Assembly: GCA_963674745.2 (NCBI GenBank)
Contig: CAXXDV010000001.1
Coordinates: 1 to 64,000 of the forward strand
Reading direction: 5' to 3'
Length of the DNA stretch: 64,000 bases
Source: Desulfosudaceae bacterium
GTDB lineage: Bacteria > Desulfobacterota > Desulfobacteria > Desulfobacterales > Desulfosudaceae
Part shown: positions 19,995 through 30,115 of the stretch, piece after piece
Layout: the number at the start of each line of letters is the position of its first letter
Position numbering within the stretch: the first letter of the stretch is position 1
The notes under the pieces: model-generated
The model's input: the letters and a program-made list of their open reading frames with translations, nothing else
Told to the model about the DNA's origin: nothing
Database searches by the model: none
Program-made: the position numbers and the translations under genes

Positions 19995-20016
19995 GACCGA
20001 CCGGTCAGTTTTGTCA
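19995..20016 (-). promoter_or_regulatory. Putative TetR operator next to a -35 box
   Basis: Minus strand TTGACA-aa-ACTGACCGGTCGGT, a near-palindrome directly downstream of the -35 hexamer. Confidence 0.6.
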
Positions 20017-20297
20017 ATTTACAAGTCCGTCCCCAAAGTGTCAAGTGTTTTTTAGGGGGGCGCCAAAAATTCGGATTTTTAAAAAACACCCTTTTATATA
20101 TAAGTGAACACATCTTAATTCTCGTGCCCCCCCTGCTAAAAGGTCGAAAACGAGCTTGAAGCCATTTGGCCCATACCGCAATATATTTATTTTATTTGTT
20201 TTATCCATTGACAAGGCGTTTTTAATCGAATTAGATAAAAACCATAACGGACAAGGGGGGATTAAAATCATAACCGAAAAATCTGCGGTCCGGCATC

Positions 20298-22013
20298 ATG
20301 ACTGAAAAAAAAAACATAGACACAGCCTATGACGTGGTTGTCATCGGTTCGGGTTTCGGGGGACCGGTGGCGGCTAAAATCTGCGCCGAGGCCGGCCTGA
20401 AAACCCTGATGCTGGAACGGTCGGAAAACGTGGGTGAAAAAGTCATTTCCGGTCTGACCATTCCCATTTACGGTTTTCTGTTCGGTCCGGACTTTATCCG
20501 GGACGGCAACCCCCCGTTTGAACGGCCGGCTGACGGCATCATCAACTATCTGATCAAAGACATCGAAACCAACGACATCGAAATTGACGACACCCTGCGC
20601 ATCCCGCGTCCGTTTTCTCCGGTCGTTGCCTTCGGTTACAACACCTACTGCAAGCCCTTCTGCCAGTGGGAAGCACAACAGGCCCTGGAAGCCGGAGCCG
20701 AGCTATGGACATCGGTGACGGTGACCGATGTGATCCGCGACCGGGGTAAGGTTTGCGGCGTCTGCCTGGACAACGGGCGCCGGATATCCGCCCGCATGAT
20801 TATCGATGCCGAAGGCTCCCAGGGCCTGGTGGCCATAAAAGCCGGTATCCGGGAAAAATATCCGCCGGAAGCGATCTCTCTGGCCGATACTTATGATTAT
20901 GAAATGGACAAAGCGGAGGTGGACCGCGTCCTGGGGTATTCACTCCGGTTCTGCTGGGGCTGGGACGAACAGAAAGTGGCGCCGCCCCTGGGGCATGGCA
21001 ACGGGCTGATGGTGTGGCCTTACCGGGAGAGCATCCATTTTATGCAGGACCATTGCCTCCGACTGGACAAAGGGCAAGTCCCCAACCTGAAGAAACGGTT
21101 CGCGGAATATCATGACAACATCACCACCAAACTGCCCTGGTGGGCCAAAGACATCGCCCCGAAAAGCCGGTTGCGCGCCCGCATGTGGGAAGGATTTGAA
21201 ATCTTTGTCGGTCTTGATGCGAAACTGCGCCATATGAAAAACCATGATGACGGCATTCTGTTGATCGGTGATGCGGCCGGACTGGAAAGCACAGAATTGT
21301 GCGACGGCGTTCCGGCGGCCTGGTTTTCCGCCCAGATCGCCGCCGAAACCGCCATTGCCGCCATTGCCGCCAACGATACCAGCCGTTCTTTTCTGCGTCG
21401 ATATGACGAGCGGATCAAAGCCCATGCCATCATCCAATGGTCGATTTCCGGCAGAAACCGGTATAACCTGCGTTATGCCCAACAGACCAAAGATGCACGC
21501 CTGCTGAGAAAATACATCCATGATGGTTGGGGCATGGGACAATTGACCCACGCCCTGTCACCGCTCTTAAAACTCACCTTCCGCTACCTCCGGCAGGACC
21601 CGCGCCTGCTCACCTGCTGGATCAAGATGTATTTCCGTTATTACCAGAACTGGTGCCATAATGTTTATGATTATCAGGGGCGTGAGACATGGCGCCCGGA
21701 TCCGTCCGACCGGCCGAAGACCGGCGAGCTGATATTCAAAATAACCGTCGATGGGCTGGACGGCCTGTTGCGGGTGACCGCACCCGTCGTGAAAGCCCTG
21801 GCCTTTTGCGGCGAACATCTGTCAGGCCTGGCCAACCCGGCCATGAAAATCATACTGCCGTTTTACCGGCCGCTTTATAAGTTTTTGCGAAAACCATTGT
21901 CACCGTTAGGCAACCGGCTGGCCGACAGCCTGATCGATTTTACGAAACGGGCCGATCCAACCCTGTTCGAGATCAAAACCGCAAAACACCCAAACCCGGT
22001 CGGGGAGGATTAA
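20298..22013 (+). CDS. FAD-dependent oxidoreductase, FixC/geranylgeranyl-reductase family, with long C-terminal extension
   Basis: YDVVVIGSGFGG..LERSENVGEKVISG, IIDAEG, LLIGDAAG; followed by a FixX-like ferredoxin. Confidence 0.8.
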   Translation: MTEKKNIDTAYDVVVIGSGFGGPVAAKICAEAGLKTLMLERSENVGEKVISGLTIPIYGFLFGPDFIRDGNPPFERPADGIINYLIKDIETNDIEIDDTLRIPRPFSPVVAFGYNTYCKPFCQWEAQQALEAGAELWTSVTVTDVIRDRGKVCGVCLDNGRRISARMIIDAEGSQGLVAIKAGIREKYPPEAISLADTYDYEMDKAEVDRVLGYSLRFCWGWDEQKVAPPLGHGNGLMVWPYRESIHFMQDHCLRLDKGQVPNLKKRFAEYHDNITTKLPWWAKDIAPKSRLRARMWEGFEIFVGLDAKLRHMKNHDDGILLIGDAAGLESTELCDGVPAAWFSAQIAAETAIAAIAANDTSRSFLRRYDERIKAHAIIQWSISGRNRYNLRYAQQTKDARLLRKYIHDGWGMGQLTHALSPLLKLTFRYLRQDPRLLTCWIKMYFRYYQNWCHNVYDYQGRETWRPDPSDRPKTGELIFKITVDGLDGLLRVTAPVVKALAFCGEHLSGLANPAMKIILPFYRPLYKFLRKPLSPLGNRLADSLIDFTKRADPTLFEIKTAKHPNPVGED

Positions 22014-22014
22014 A

Positions 22015-22284
22015 ATGACCAGAACCGTGGATCGTTTTCCGGGCGTGGAATGGGTTGACGACGCTACCCCCTTTATCCGGGTGGATCCGGACAAATGCAC
22101 GGGATGCGCCAGCTGTGTCAAGGTCTGTCTGGGCGACTGCTGGGAAATAAAAGACAGAAAAGCCCGGATCAAAACCCTGGAAGCCTGTATGGAATGCGCC
22201 TGCTGCTGGTATATATGCGATGCCGAAGCCATTATCTTCTCCTGGCCGCAGGGCGGGAGCGGATATCGAAGTGACTGGGGCTGA
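22015..22284 (+). CDS. FixX-like 2x[4Fe-4S] ferredoxin
   Basis: CTGCASCVKVC and CMECACCWYIC; C-terminal WPQGGSGYRSDWG resembles the FixX ending. Confidence 0.85.
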   Translation: MTRTVDRFPGVEWVDDATPFIRVDPDKCTGCASCVKVCLGDCWEIKDRKARIKTLEACMECACCWYICDAEAIIFSWPQGGSGYRSDWG

Positions 22285-22313
22285 TAAAATCAAACCCTTT
22301 TGCAACGAATGTT

Positions 22314-22373
22314 GTAGGGGCGGCCCCCCCGTGGCCGCCCGATTAAAGGGCACCCACAGGGGGGTGCCCCTAC
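22314..22373. repeat. GTAG-type REP doublet
   Basis: GTAGGGGCGGCC..GGCCGCCC-gattaaa-GGGCACCC..GGGTGCCCCTAC; near-identical copy at 40204-40262. Confidence 0.85.
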
Positions 22374-22569
22374 GTGAGTTTGCGCCTGCGCCAAGCAGGT
22401 GTGGCCAGCCGGTCAAGGGCCAGAGGTCAAATATATACAATTGTACAAAAATTCTTGACATCAAAACTGAATCCTCTATGATTCGGACTGAACGTAGGGG
22501 GCAGACGATTATCCGGTCAAACATTCAAACGGCCCTTACCCAAATCATATTTGCCGAAAGGAAGTCACC

Positions 22570-23952
22570 ATGAAACGTTTGACACGATTAAAACACGGTC
22601 AAGGCGCCTTATTTCTGTTCTGCATCGTATCCTTTTTGACGATATCCGCAATCAGTCAGGCAGCGGATCTGTCCCAAAAACAAATTCGAACCACGGTAGA
22701 AGAAAGCATAAAGGCCATCCTGACCGGACAGGCCTACAGTTCGACCCTGGAGCGGAACCAGCTGATTCTGAGGGGGATGTTTGAAAGAGGGGCCATTACC
22801 AAAGCCGATCTGGAAACCATAGCCAAAAACGCCGTTTTCCCAATAATGAAAACCTCCAGAACCTCACGATATATTCTCAAAAAAGCCCCGGAACGGGTCG
22901 ATGCACTTCTTTCGCCCTATATGTCATGGGATGAAATTCACAAAATCGTCTGGGAAGTCGGTAGCAGCTTAGTACCGGACGGAGAGCAGGTTGTCCTGAC
23001 CATCGGAACGCTGGCGCCCCCGGGGACGCCATGGATGAGCATTCCGGAAAAGGTCCTGCTGCCCCGGATAGCCAAGCTCAGCGATAACAAATTCAATGTT
23101 AAAATATACGGCGGCGGCGTTATGGGAGAAGATACCGATATATTAAGAAAAATGGATATCGGTCAACTCGACGGCTGCGGCTGCACCGCCCTGGGCATCC
23201 TGGCGGCATCTCCGGAGACTGCGGTATTCCTGCTGCCGGGCATGTATAATGATTATGAGGAAATCGACTATATCACGGAAAAATTCAGAAAAAGAATCGA
23301 TAAGGCGTATGAGAAAAGGGGATATATCCTGGGCGCCCTTATTGATACCGGAATGTTTTATATCTTTTCCCAGCACCGCATAAGCGGCCTGAACGACTTG
23401 CAAAAACTTAATTTCTCCACCTGGTTCGGCGACATCGAGACCAGGCTGTATAAAGAACTTGGGCTCAGCGGCATACCAATCGCCGTGCCTGAAACCATAT
23501 CCGCTTTCAGCACGGGCATGATCAATGCCAACATATCGCCGCCGGCCTGGATGCTGGGGATGCAGGCTTACCAGTATGTCAACTTCTATGTTAAAAAGCC
23601 CTTACTTTACTCACCCGGCGCTGTGATAATCAGCGTAAAAACAAGGGAACGACTGAAAAAACAGTTCGGCGTTTCTGAAACGTTTGCTTACAACGTTCAG
23701 GAAATGCTGACTTACGAAGTCTCCACCCTTGAAGAGGAATGGCGGGCGTTAAGCCGCAATTACGAGGCAAAATGCCTGGAAGCCTTTGAAACAAAATGCG
23801 GCATAAAAGCCGTGGATTTTTCCGAAAAGGACTGGCAAACCATGGAGCGGGCATTCTCAAAAGTCCAGGAAGATCTGGCCGACAAGGTATATCCCCGGGA
23901 CCTGATGCTTGAAATTAAAAAGGCGCTGGCGGAATATCGCGCCAGAAAATAA
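22570..23952 (+). CDS. TRAP transporter substrate-binding protein (DctP/TatP-like) with N-terminal extension
   Basis: Signal-like N-terminus; TIGTLAPPGTPW, KIYGGGVMGEDTDILRKMDIGQLDG. Confidence 0.8.
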   Translation: MKRLTRLKHGQGALFLFCIVSFLTISAISQAADLSQKQIRTTVEESIKAILTGQAYSSTLERNQLILRGMFERGAITKADLETIAKNAVFPIMKTSRTSRYILKKAPERVDALLSPYMSWDEIHKIVWEVGSSLVPDGEQVVLTIGTLAPPGTPWMSIPEKVLLPRIAKLSDNKFNVKIYGGGVMGEDTDILRKMDIGQLDGCGCTALGILAASPETAVFLLPGMYNDYEEIDYITEKFRKRIDKAYEKRGYILGALIDTGMFYIFSQHRISGLNDLQKLNFSTWFGDIETRLYKELGLSGIPIAVPETISAFSTGMINANISPPAWMLGMQAYQYVNFYVKKPLLYSPGAVIISVKTRERLKKQFGVSETFAYNVQEMLTYEVSTLEEEWRALSRNYEAKCLEAFETKCGIKAVDFSEKDWQTMERAFSKVQEDLADKVYPRDLMLEIKKALAEYRARK

Positions 23953-23965
23953 ATGGTCTGTCTCC

Positions 23966-24388
23966 ATGCCCACCAAACCATACCGCCTCCTGGACCATAC
24001 CGCTGATTTAATGTTTGAAATACGCGGCCGCGGCCTGCCGGACTTGTTTGCCAATGCCTGCCTGGCATTGTTTGATACCCTTACCGACCTGACTCGTGTG
24101 ACCGGTGACACGGTCAGGACCGTCACCGTTACCGGTGTTGACCGGCCCGACCTGTTGATCAACTGGATGCGGGAGCTGCTGAGCCTGTGGACAGTCGACG
24201 GCCTGTTGATCAAGTCGGCAAAAATTAGCGATTTAACGGAAACCCGGCTGACCGCGGAACTGGCCTCAGACCGCTATGCGCCTGACCGTCATATTCTAAA
24301 AACCGATATCAAGGCCGTTACCTATCATAAAGCCGCGGTCGATCGACAGGGCAACGGCTGGACGGCCCACGTGATCGTGGATGTGTAA
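23966..24388 (+). CDS. Archease
   Basis: YRLLDHTAD, LLINWMRELL, DIKAVTYH, VIVDV C-terminus. Confidence 0.9.
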   Translation: MPTKPYRLLDHTADLMFEIRGRGLPDLFANACLALFDTLTDLTRVTGDTVRTVTVTGVDRPDLLINWMRELLSLWTVDGLLIKSAKISDLTETRLTAELASDRYAPDRHILKTDIKAVTYHKAAVDRQGNGWTAHVIVDV

Positions 24389-24456
24389 AAGTTGTGAATA
24401 TATTCATATGTGCCGAAAATTTTTCATGACATATACAGGTTAATAAGGAGGTCAAT

Positions 24457-25509
24457 ATGACAACATTATTTGATCCGGTAAAAATGGGGGACCTGTCTTT
24501 GCCCAACCGCATTATCATGTCGCCCCTGACCCGCTGCCGTGCCGCTGAAGGACGGCTGCCCAACGCGCTGATGGCCGAATATTACACCCAGCGTGCCGCC
24601 GCCGGCATGATTATCAGCGAAGCCACCGCCGTTACCCCCATGGGGGTCGGATATCCGGATACGCCCGGCATCTGGTCGGACGAACAGGTCGCGGGCTGGA
24701 AACGGGTGACCGGGGCGGTCCATCAGGCCGGCGGCCAGATCCTGCTGCAACTGTGGCATGTGGGCCGTATTTCCGATCCCGTTTACCTTGACGGCACCCT
24801 CCCGGTAGCGCCCAGCGCCATCGCGGCCAAAGGCCATGTCAGCCTGTTGCGCCCGAAAAAAGCCTATGTCACACCCCGTGCCCTTGAGCGGGAGGAGATC
24901 CCCGGTATCATTGCGGCCTATGCCCGGGGCGCGCAAAACGCCGAAAAAGCCGGGTTTGACGGAGTGCATGTACACGGCGCCAACGGTTATCTGCTGGACC
25001 AGTTCCTGCAGAGTGCCACCAACCGGCGAACAGACGATTACGGCGGTCCTATCGAAAACCGGGCCCGCCTGCTGCTGGAAGTGACCGATGCGGTGATTGA
25101 CGTCTGGGGCCCCGGCCGGGTCGGGGTACACCTGGCACCGAGATGTGACGCCCATGACATGGGTGACGATGACCCGGCGGCGACCTTCGGTCATGTTGCC
25201 CGGGAACTGGGAACACGCGGCATCGCCTTTATCTGCACCCGCGAACACTTTGACGAACCGGCCCTGACGCCCGATCTGAAAAAAATCTTCGGCGGCTGCC
25301 TGATCGCCAACGAAGGGTTCACCAAAAAAAGCGCCGCCCGGGTGATCGAGCAGGGTTTCGCCGACGCGGTCGCCTTCGGCAAAGCCTTTATCGCCAACCC
25401 GGACCTGGTCGAACGCTTTCGCCGGGACGCCCCCCTGAACGAACCGGACACGTCGACATTCTACAGCTCCGGGCCCCATGGCTATACGGATTACCCGACA
25501 TTGGCGTGA
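24457..25509 (+). CDS. Old yellow enzyme family alkene reductase (NemA-like)
   Basis: NRIIMSPLTRCRA, QLWHVGR, HGANGYLLDQFL, YGGPIENRAR, GYTDYP; AAGGAGG RBS. Confidence 0.93.
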   Translation: MTTLFDPVKMGDLSLPNRIIMSPLTRCRAAEGRLPNALMAEYYTQRAAAGMIISEATAVTPMGVGYPDTPGIWSDEQVAGWKRVTGAVHQAGGQILLQLWHVGRISDPVYLDGTLPVAPSAIAAKGHVSLLRPKKAYVTPRALEREEIPGIIAAYARGAQNAEKAGFDGVHVHGANGYLLDQFLQSATNRRTDDYGGPIENRARLLLEVTDAVIDVWGPGRVGVHLAPRCDAHDMGDDDPAATFGHVARELGTRGIAFICTREHFDEPALTPDLKKIFGGCLIANEGFTKKSAARVIEQGFADAVAFGKAFIANPDLVERFRRDAPLNEPDTSTFYSSGPHGYTDYPTLA

Positions 25510-25625
25510 GCAGCCGGCAGGCCCCTGTTGATTATCTTTTGATTATCTTTTGGTCGTGTAATCGCCGGAATCGTGTTATACTTCTGTTTCGAAAATAACA
25601 ACATTTCGAAAGAGATATCGACCCC

Positions 25626-27305
25626 ATGCTGCCAACCGTATACACCCTGCTTTTTCCCAGAGTGCTGTCGTTCAAAAACCGCATGGTGCACTCCCGGAAA
25701 ACACAATTTTTTCTGTTCGGCGGTATCGGTCTGGTTCTGTGGACCGGGGTGTTTGGCGTTTCCTTTAAAATTCTGCGTTATTTTGAAAGCATCGAGCAAC
25801 TGGGTGACATCCTGGCCCACAAACTGCTGTCCATGATATTTGTGGTCATCCTGTCTTTGATGATCTTCAGCAGCATCATCACCCTGTTATCAAAACTTTA
25901 TTTGTCCCGGGACCTGAGCCTGGTGCATTCTTTACCGGTGCCGAAACACCATGTCTTTCTGGCCCGGTGGATCGAAGGCACCTTTGACAGTGCCTGGATG
26001 GTGGTTCTCTTTGTCCTGCCGGTGTTCATCGCTTATGGCATTGTTTACGCCACCGGGCCGGTGTTTTATCTGGGGTTTGTCATCTGCCTGGTCGGCCTTT
26101 GTGTCATCGCCTCAAGCATCAGCGCCATCGGCGTGGCGTTTATCGTCAACCTGATTTCCGCTTCACGGCTGAAAACCATCTTCCTTTTTCTGGGACTGTT
26201 GTTGTTTCTGCTGCTCTACTTCGCCTTTCGGATGTTGCGGCCGGAACGGCTGGTGGACCCGGAGATGTTCGCCACGGCGCTGGTTTATTTAAAATCGCTC
26301 AACACCCCGTCATCGCCCTGGCTGCCCAGCACCTGGGCCTATGATTGCGTTTCAGCGGCCCTGGCCGGAGACCTTTCCGGAAGTCTGTTCTCTGCCACAC
26401 TGTGCATCTCCCTGGCCGCCACCCTTCTTTTGGTGATGCTCATCACCGCTGACCGGATATATTTCCCCGGGTATTCCAAAACCGCCAGCGGTCGCGTCAC
26501 CACCGTCAAACACAACAACCGGGAATACGCTCCGACCCTGCTGTTTTTCCTGCCGGCCCACGTGAGGGCCTATGTGGTTAAGGAAATAAAAACCTTTATG
26601 CGCGACCAGAGCCAGTGGTCCCAGCTTTTTCTGATTCTGGCCCTGATCATTATTTATATTTACAACTTCAAGGTGCTGCCCCTTGAAAGGTCTCCCATCA
26701 AAACCGTCTATCTGCAGAACCTGTTCGCCTTTTTAAACATGGGGCTGGCCGCTTTTGTTCTGACCGCGGTAACGGCACGCTTTGCCTTTCCGGCCGTCAG
26801 CCTGGAAAAGAATGCCTTCTGGATCACCTGCAGCGGCCCGATTTCAAAACCGCTGTTCGTGCGCATCAAATTTTTCGTCTATCTGGTCCCCCTGTTTGTC
26901 ATGGCCATCGGGCTTATCATCACCACCAACCTGCTGTTGTCGGTCACGCCATTTATGATGACACTTTCTCTGGCCACCATGGTACTGATGATTCCGGCGA
27001 TTGTGGCCATGGGCGTGGGACTTGGTGCGGCCTACCCGGATTTTGGATCGGAAAACCCGGCCCAGGCAGTAACCAGTTTCGGCGGGTTCGTTTTTATGGC
27101 CACCAGCGCCCTTTATGTTCTGGCCATCATCCTGCTCGAGGCGGGCCCGACCTATAAACTCTTTATGGCAGGCATCCGGGGGAACTCGGCCGGATTGAAC
27201 GGATGGATATGGATGGGCCTGGCTTTTGCCGGCGTTACCGGCCTGTCCGTTTTTGCCACCGTGTTTTCCCTGCGTTTCGGTGCCGGGAAACTGGCGGACA
27301 ATTAA
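25626..27305 (+). CDS. Putative ABC-2-type transporter permease (two-repeat membrane protein)
   Basis: Polytopic membrane protein; KEIKTFMRD, RFAFPAVSLE, YPDFGSENP; no ATPase gene adjacent. Confidence 0.7.
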   Translation: MLPTVYTLLFPRVLSFKNRMVHSRKTQFFLFGGIGLVLWTGVFGVSFKILRYFESIEQLGDILAHKLLSMIFVVILSLMIFSSIITLLSKLYLSRDLSLVHSLPVPKHHVFLARWIEGTFDSAWMVVLFVLPVFIAYGIVYATGPVFYLGFVICLVGLCVIASSISAIGVAFIVNLISASRLKTIFLFLGLLLFLLLYFAFRMLRPERLVDPEMFATALVYLKSLNTPSSPWLPSTWAYDCVSAALAGDLSGSLFSATLCISLAATLLLVMLITADRIYFPGYSKTASGRVTTVKHNNREYAPTLLFFLPAHVRAYVVKEIKTFMRDQSQWSQLFLILALIIIYIYNFKVLPLERSPIKTVYLQNLFAFLNMGLAAFVLTAVTARFAFPAVSLEKNAFWITCSGPISKPLFVRIKFFVYLVPLFVMAIGLIITTNLLLSVTPFMMTLSLATMVLMIPAIVAMGVGLGAAYPDFGSENPAQAVTSFGGFVFMATSALYVLAIILLEAGPTYKLFMAGIRGNSAGLNGWIWMGLAFAGVTGLSVFATVFSLRFGAGKLADN

Positions 27306-27392
27306 GCGTTTGATAACCCAACGGAGCAACCGTTAAAAACAATAAGGCCTTAAAAATATGGACTTTTTACGAAGCCATCAAAGGGGGGAACA

Positions 27393-27929
27393 ATGAAAAA
27401 AATAATACTGGCCATAATGATCCTGGTTTTATCGTCAATAACCGCTTCAGCCGAAAGCGGCTGGGGATTTTTCGGATCTTACTGGAGCCCGTCGGACGGC
27501 GAGGCCGAATTCGGACCGGGAATCCGTTTAACCTACGAGATGGTTCCCGGCATGCAGCTTGACTTCAGGGCATCCTATTTTGATAACCTGATGGATGAAG
27601 ACGAGGGTCCGGACCTGGAAGTCATCCCCATTGAAACCGGTCTCTGCCTGACAGGGCCGGTGGCCGGCAACCTTAATCTCCATGGCGGCGTCGGCGTCGG
27701 CTATTATCTCATGGACAGCGACGCCGACGTGGATGATGAAATCGGCTTTTTTGTCAACGCCGGCTTAGAATACGATGTATTCAGAAACAATGCCGCCTAC
27801 GGCGGCACCCGGGCCTCGGTGTTTGCCGAGGCCATGTACCGCTCGGTCACCGCGGATGACGCCACCATCAACGGCGATGCCGACCTGGACGGGCTGGTAT
27901 TGAACGCCGGCCTGATGGTCCGCTGGTAG
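27393..27929 (+). CDS. Outer-membrane beta-barrel protein
   Basis: Signal peptide, alternating beta-strand pattern, terminal aromatic (GLMVRW). Confidence 0.75.
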   Translation: MKKIILAIMILVLSSITASAESGWGFFGSYWSPSDGEAEFGPGIRLTYEMVPGMQLDFRASYFDNLMDEDEGPDLEVIPIETGLCLTGPVAGNLNLHGGVGVGYYLMDSDADVDDEIGFFVNAGLEYDVFRNNAAYGGTRASVFAEAMYRSVTADDATINGDADLDGLVLNAGLMVRW

Positions 27930-27956
27930 CGCCGGGAGGAGCCATCCCGACTTCCT

Positions 27957-28058
27957 CGTCATCCTCTGGCTTGACCAGGGGATCCGGCATAAAACGGACC
28001 ACATTCCCCATCGTCATTCCGGCCAGTGGAGCGAAGCGGAACGTGAGCCGGAATCCAG
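27957..28058. repeat. Two CGTC-type REP-like palindromes
   Basis: CGTCATCCtCTGG..CCAGgGGATCC (27957-27985) and CGTCATTCCGGC..GCCGGAATCCAG (28012-28058). Confidence 0.7.
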
Positions 28059-28093
28059 TATAAAATAGATCAAAACTCAACAAAGGTTACCCC

Positions 28094-29584
28094 ATGGCGG
28101 CCGGGAATAAAATAAAGGCACGACACACGCTACTGTTTTTCCTTTTTTTCATTATCTTATCCGCCACAGCCCTGGCCGGCAATTTTACTACCGCTGTCGA
28201 TGAGCTCATCAGCACCCATCCCGGCCGCAGCGGCGCCTATGTCCTGGAAAAAGGGGAAGAATCGCTTCTGGCCCGGGGATGGCTGGCCGGGCAGGCCGAA
28301 ACCGGCATCGACGTCCAGTATTTTATCTGGAGCACGGACAACATCGGCACCCTTGCCGCAGAAGCCTTGCTGAGTGCCGCCGAACGCGGTGTTGTCGTCA
28401 GGGTGCTGGTCGACGACCTGCTCATAGACGCGGACAACGATATTATCCTGGCTTTAGCCGCCCATCCAAACGCTCACATCAGAATTTATAATCCCAAGCA
28501 TTCCGTGGGCACATCCACCTTCGACCGGATTATCAATATTTTTACCGATTTCCGGGGCGTCAACCAGCGCATGCACGACAAGTCATTTATTGTCGACGGA
28601 CAGATCGCCATTATCGGCGGCCGGAATATGGCGGATGAATATTTTGATTATGATCACCACTACAATTTCCGTGACCGGGATGTGTTACTGATCGGCCCCG
28701 TGGCAACAGACATCAAAAACAATTTTGAATCGTTCTGGCAAAGCGACCTGTCCGTCCCGGTTGAGACGCTGCTTGAAAAGCAACTCGCAAAGCTATCAAA
28801 AAAACGCATTGCAGAAGTTTATCAAAACCTGCACGCCTATGCGCAAAATCCGGAAAATTACGAGCCCCAGGTTCGACGGATGGTCGACAACATCCCCGGT
28901 AAAATTCCGCAGCTGCTCAAAGACCTCGTCTGGGAAGATGTCCGCTTTATCTGCGATACACCGGGGAAAAACCCCGGCGACAAAGGCCTTGGGGGCGGCG
29001 GGGCCACGACCGACCAACTGATCGAGGCTGTAAAAGCCGCCCGAAAACGTGTTACCATCCAGTCCCCTTATCTGGTAATGCCCGAAGGGGGATTTGAGTT
29101 GTTCAAAAGCCTGACCGACAGGGGGGTAACCGTCAGGATCAACACCAATTCGCTGGCCTCGACCGATAACCTGAAAGCCTTCAGCGGTTACAGCAAACAA
29201 AGAAAAAAACTTTTAGACAGCGGCATAGAAATTTACGAGTTCCGGCCGGACTCGATCCGGAAAAAACAGCTTATCGACCGCTATGACCGATTGGAAAAAC
29301 TATCGCCCGTTTTTTCCATTCATGCCAAAACCATGGTCATCGACGGTGAAACGCTCTGTATCGGCACGTTCAATTTTGACCCCCGCTCGGCCAACCTGAA
29401 CACCGAAATCGGCGTTATCATCAAGAACAAAAAAATCGCCCGACAGGTGGAACACCAGATCCGGATCGATATGCAGCCGGGCAACAGCTGGAATGCCAAA
29501 GATATACCTGATCCCCACGCCTCCCTCAAAAAACGGCTGATGCTGAAATTCTGGAAATTAATGCCGATGACCCCGCTGCTCTAG
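28094..29584 (+). CDS. Exported phospholipase D family protein (ClsC/YmdC-like)
   Basis: Two HKD motifs (HDKSFIVD, HAKTMVID), GGRNMADEYF, NFDPRSANLNTE; signal peptide. Confidence 0.9.
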   Translation: MAAGNKIKARHTLLFFLFFIILSATALAGNFTTAVDELISTHPGRSGAYVLEKGEESLLARGWLAGQAETGIDVQYFIWSTDNIGTLAAEALLSAAERGVVVRVLVDDLLIDADNDIILALAAHPNAHIRIYNPKHSVGTSTFDRIINIFTDFRGVNQRMHDKSFIVDGQIAIIGGRNMADEYFDYDHHYNFRDRDVLLIGPVATDIKNNFESFWQSDLSVPVETLLEKQLAKLSKKRIAEVYQNLHAYAQNPENYEPQVRRMVDNIPGKIPQLLKDLVWEDVRFICDTPGKNPGDKGLGGGGATTDQLIEAVKAARKRVTIQSPYLVMPEGGFELFKSLTDRGVTVRINTNSLASTDNLKAFSGYSKQRKKLLDSGIEIYEFRPDSIRKKQLIDRYDRLEKLSPVFSIHAKTMVIDGETLCIGTFNFDPRSANLNTEIGVIIKNKKIARQVEHQIRIDMQPGNSWNAKDIPDPHASLKKRLMLKFWKLMPMTPLL

Positions 29585-29748
29585 GACGAATTTTCAGCCA
29601 CCTGGCCCGTCATGAGGCGACAGAGCATACAACCTGTTGATACAACAATATTGACCAATCAAAAGGCGTGCCCCTAAAACAGACTCAAAAAAGATAAACT
29701 ATACCGGGTATCAAAAGAAGGTGTGCGGAAAACAACGTGACAAATAAG

Positions 29749-29841
29749 TGGCGGAGAGAGAGGGATTCGAACCCTCGGTGGAAGTTTCCCCCCACACTCG
29801 CTTAGCAGGCGAGCGCCTTCAGCCAGCTCGGCCATCTCTCC
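29749..29841 (-). tRNA. tRNA-Ser (GCT)
   Basis: GGAGAGATGGCCGAG..CTCGC-CT-GCT-AA-GCGAG, long variable arm, GGTTCGAATCC, CCA end. Confidence 0.97.
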
Positions 29842-29853
29842 GCGTCTGATTCC

Positions 29854-29939
29854 TGGCGGAGGAGGTAGGATTCGAACCCACGGAGCTTTCGCTCAACGGT
29901 TTTCAAGACCGCCGCCTTCAACCGCTCGGCCACTCCTCC
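29854..29939 (-). tRNA. tRNA-Ser (TGA)
   Basis: GGAGGAGTGGCCGAGCGG..CGGT-CT-TGA-AA-ACCG, long variable arm, GGTTCGAATCC, CCA end. Confidence 0.97.
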
Positions 29940-29956
29940 CGTTTGAAAATTTATCG

Positions 29957-29985
29957 TTTATAACATTCGATTATGGCATGGTCAA
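29957..29985 (-). promoter_or_regulatory. Sigma70-type promoter for the tRNA-Ser pair
   Basis: Minus strand TTGACC-N17-TATAAA just upstream of the tRNA 5' end. Confidence 0.6.
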
Positions 29986-30115
29986 TATTTTTATTGAACT
30001 TCCGGAAAAGTCGTGTATTCTGTTCTGTTGTAAAATACGGTAGCGCCGGAATCGGCGCCTTTTACGTTATACATATAATATAATTAGTTAATTAGAAGAC
30101 CAGGAGGAATTTTTT

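Noticed and set aside
24466..25479. 337-aa minus-strand ORF
   Set aside because: Antisense shadow of the well-supported OYE gene; no motifs.
29590..29940. Integrative element at the tRNA-Ser genes
   Set aside because: No integrase, and I saw no duplicated tRNA 3' end in the window.
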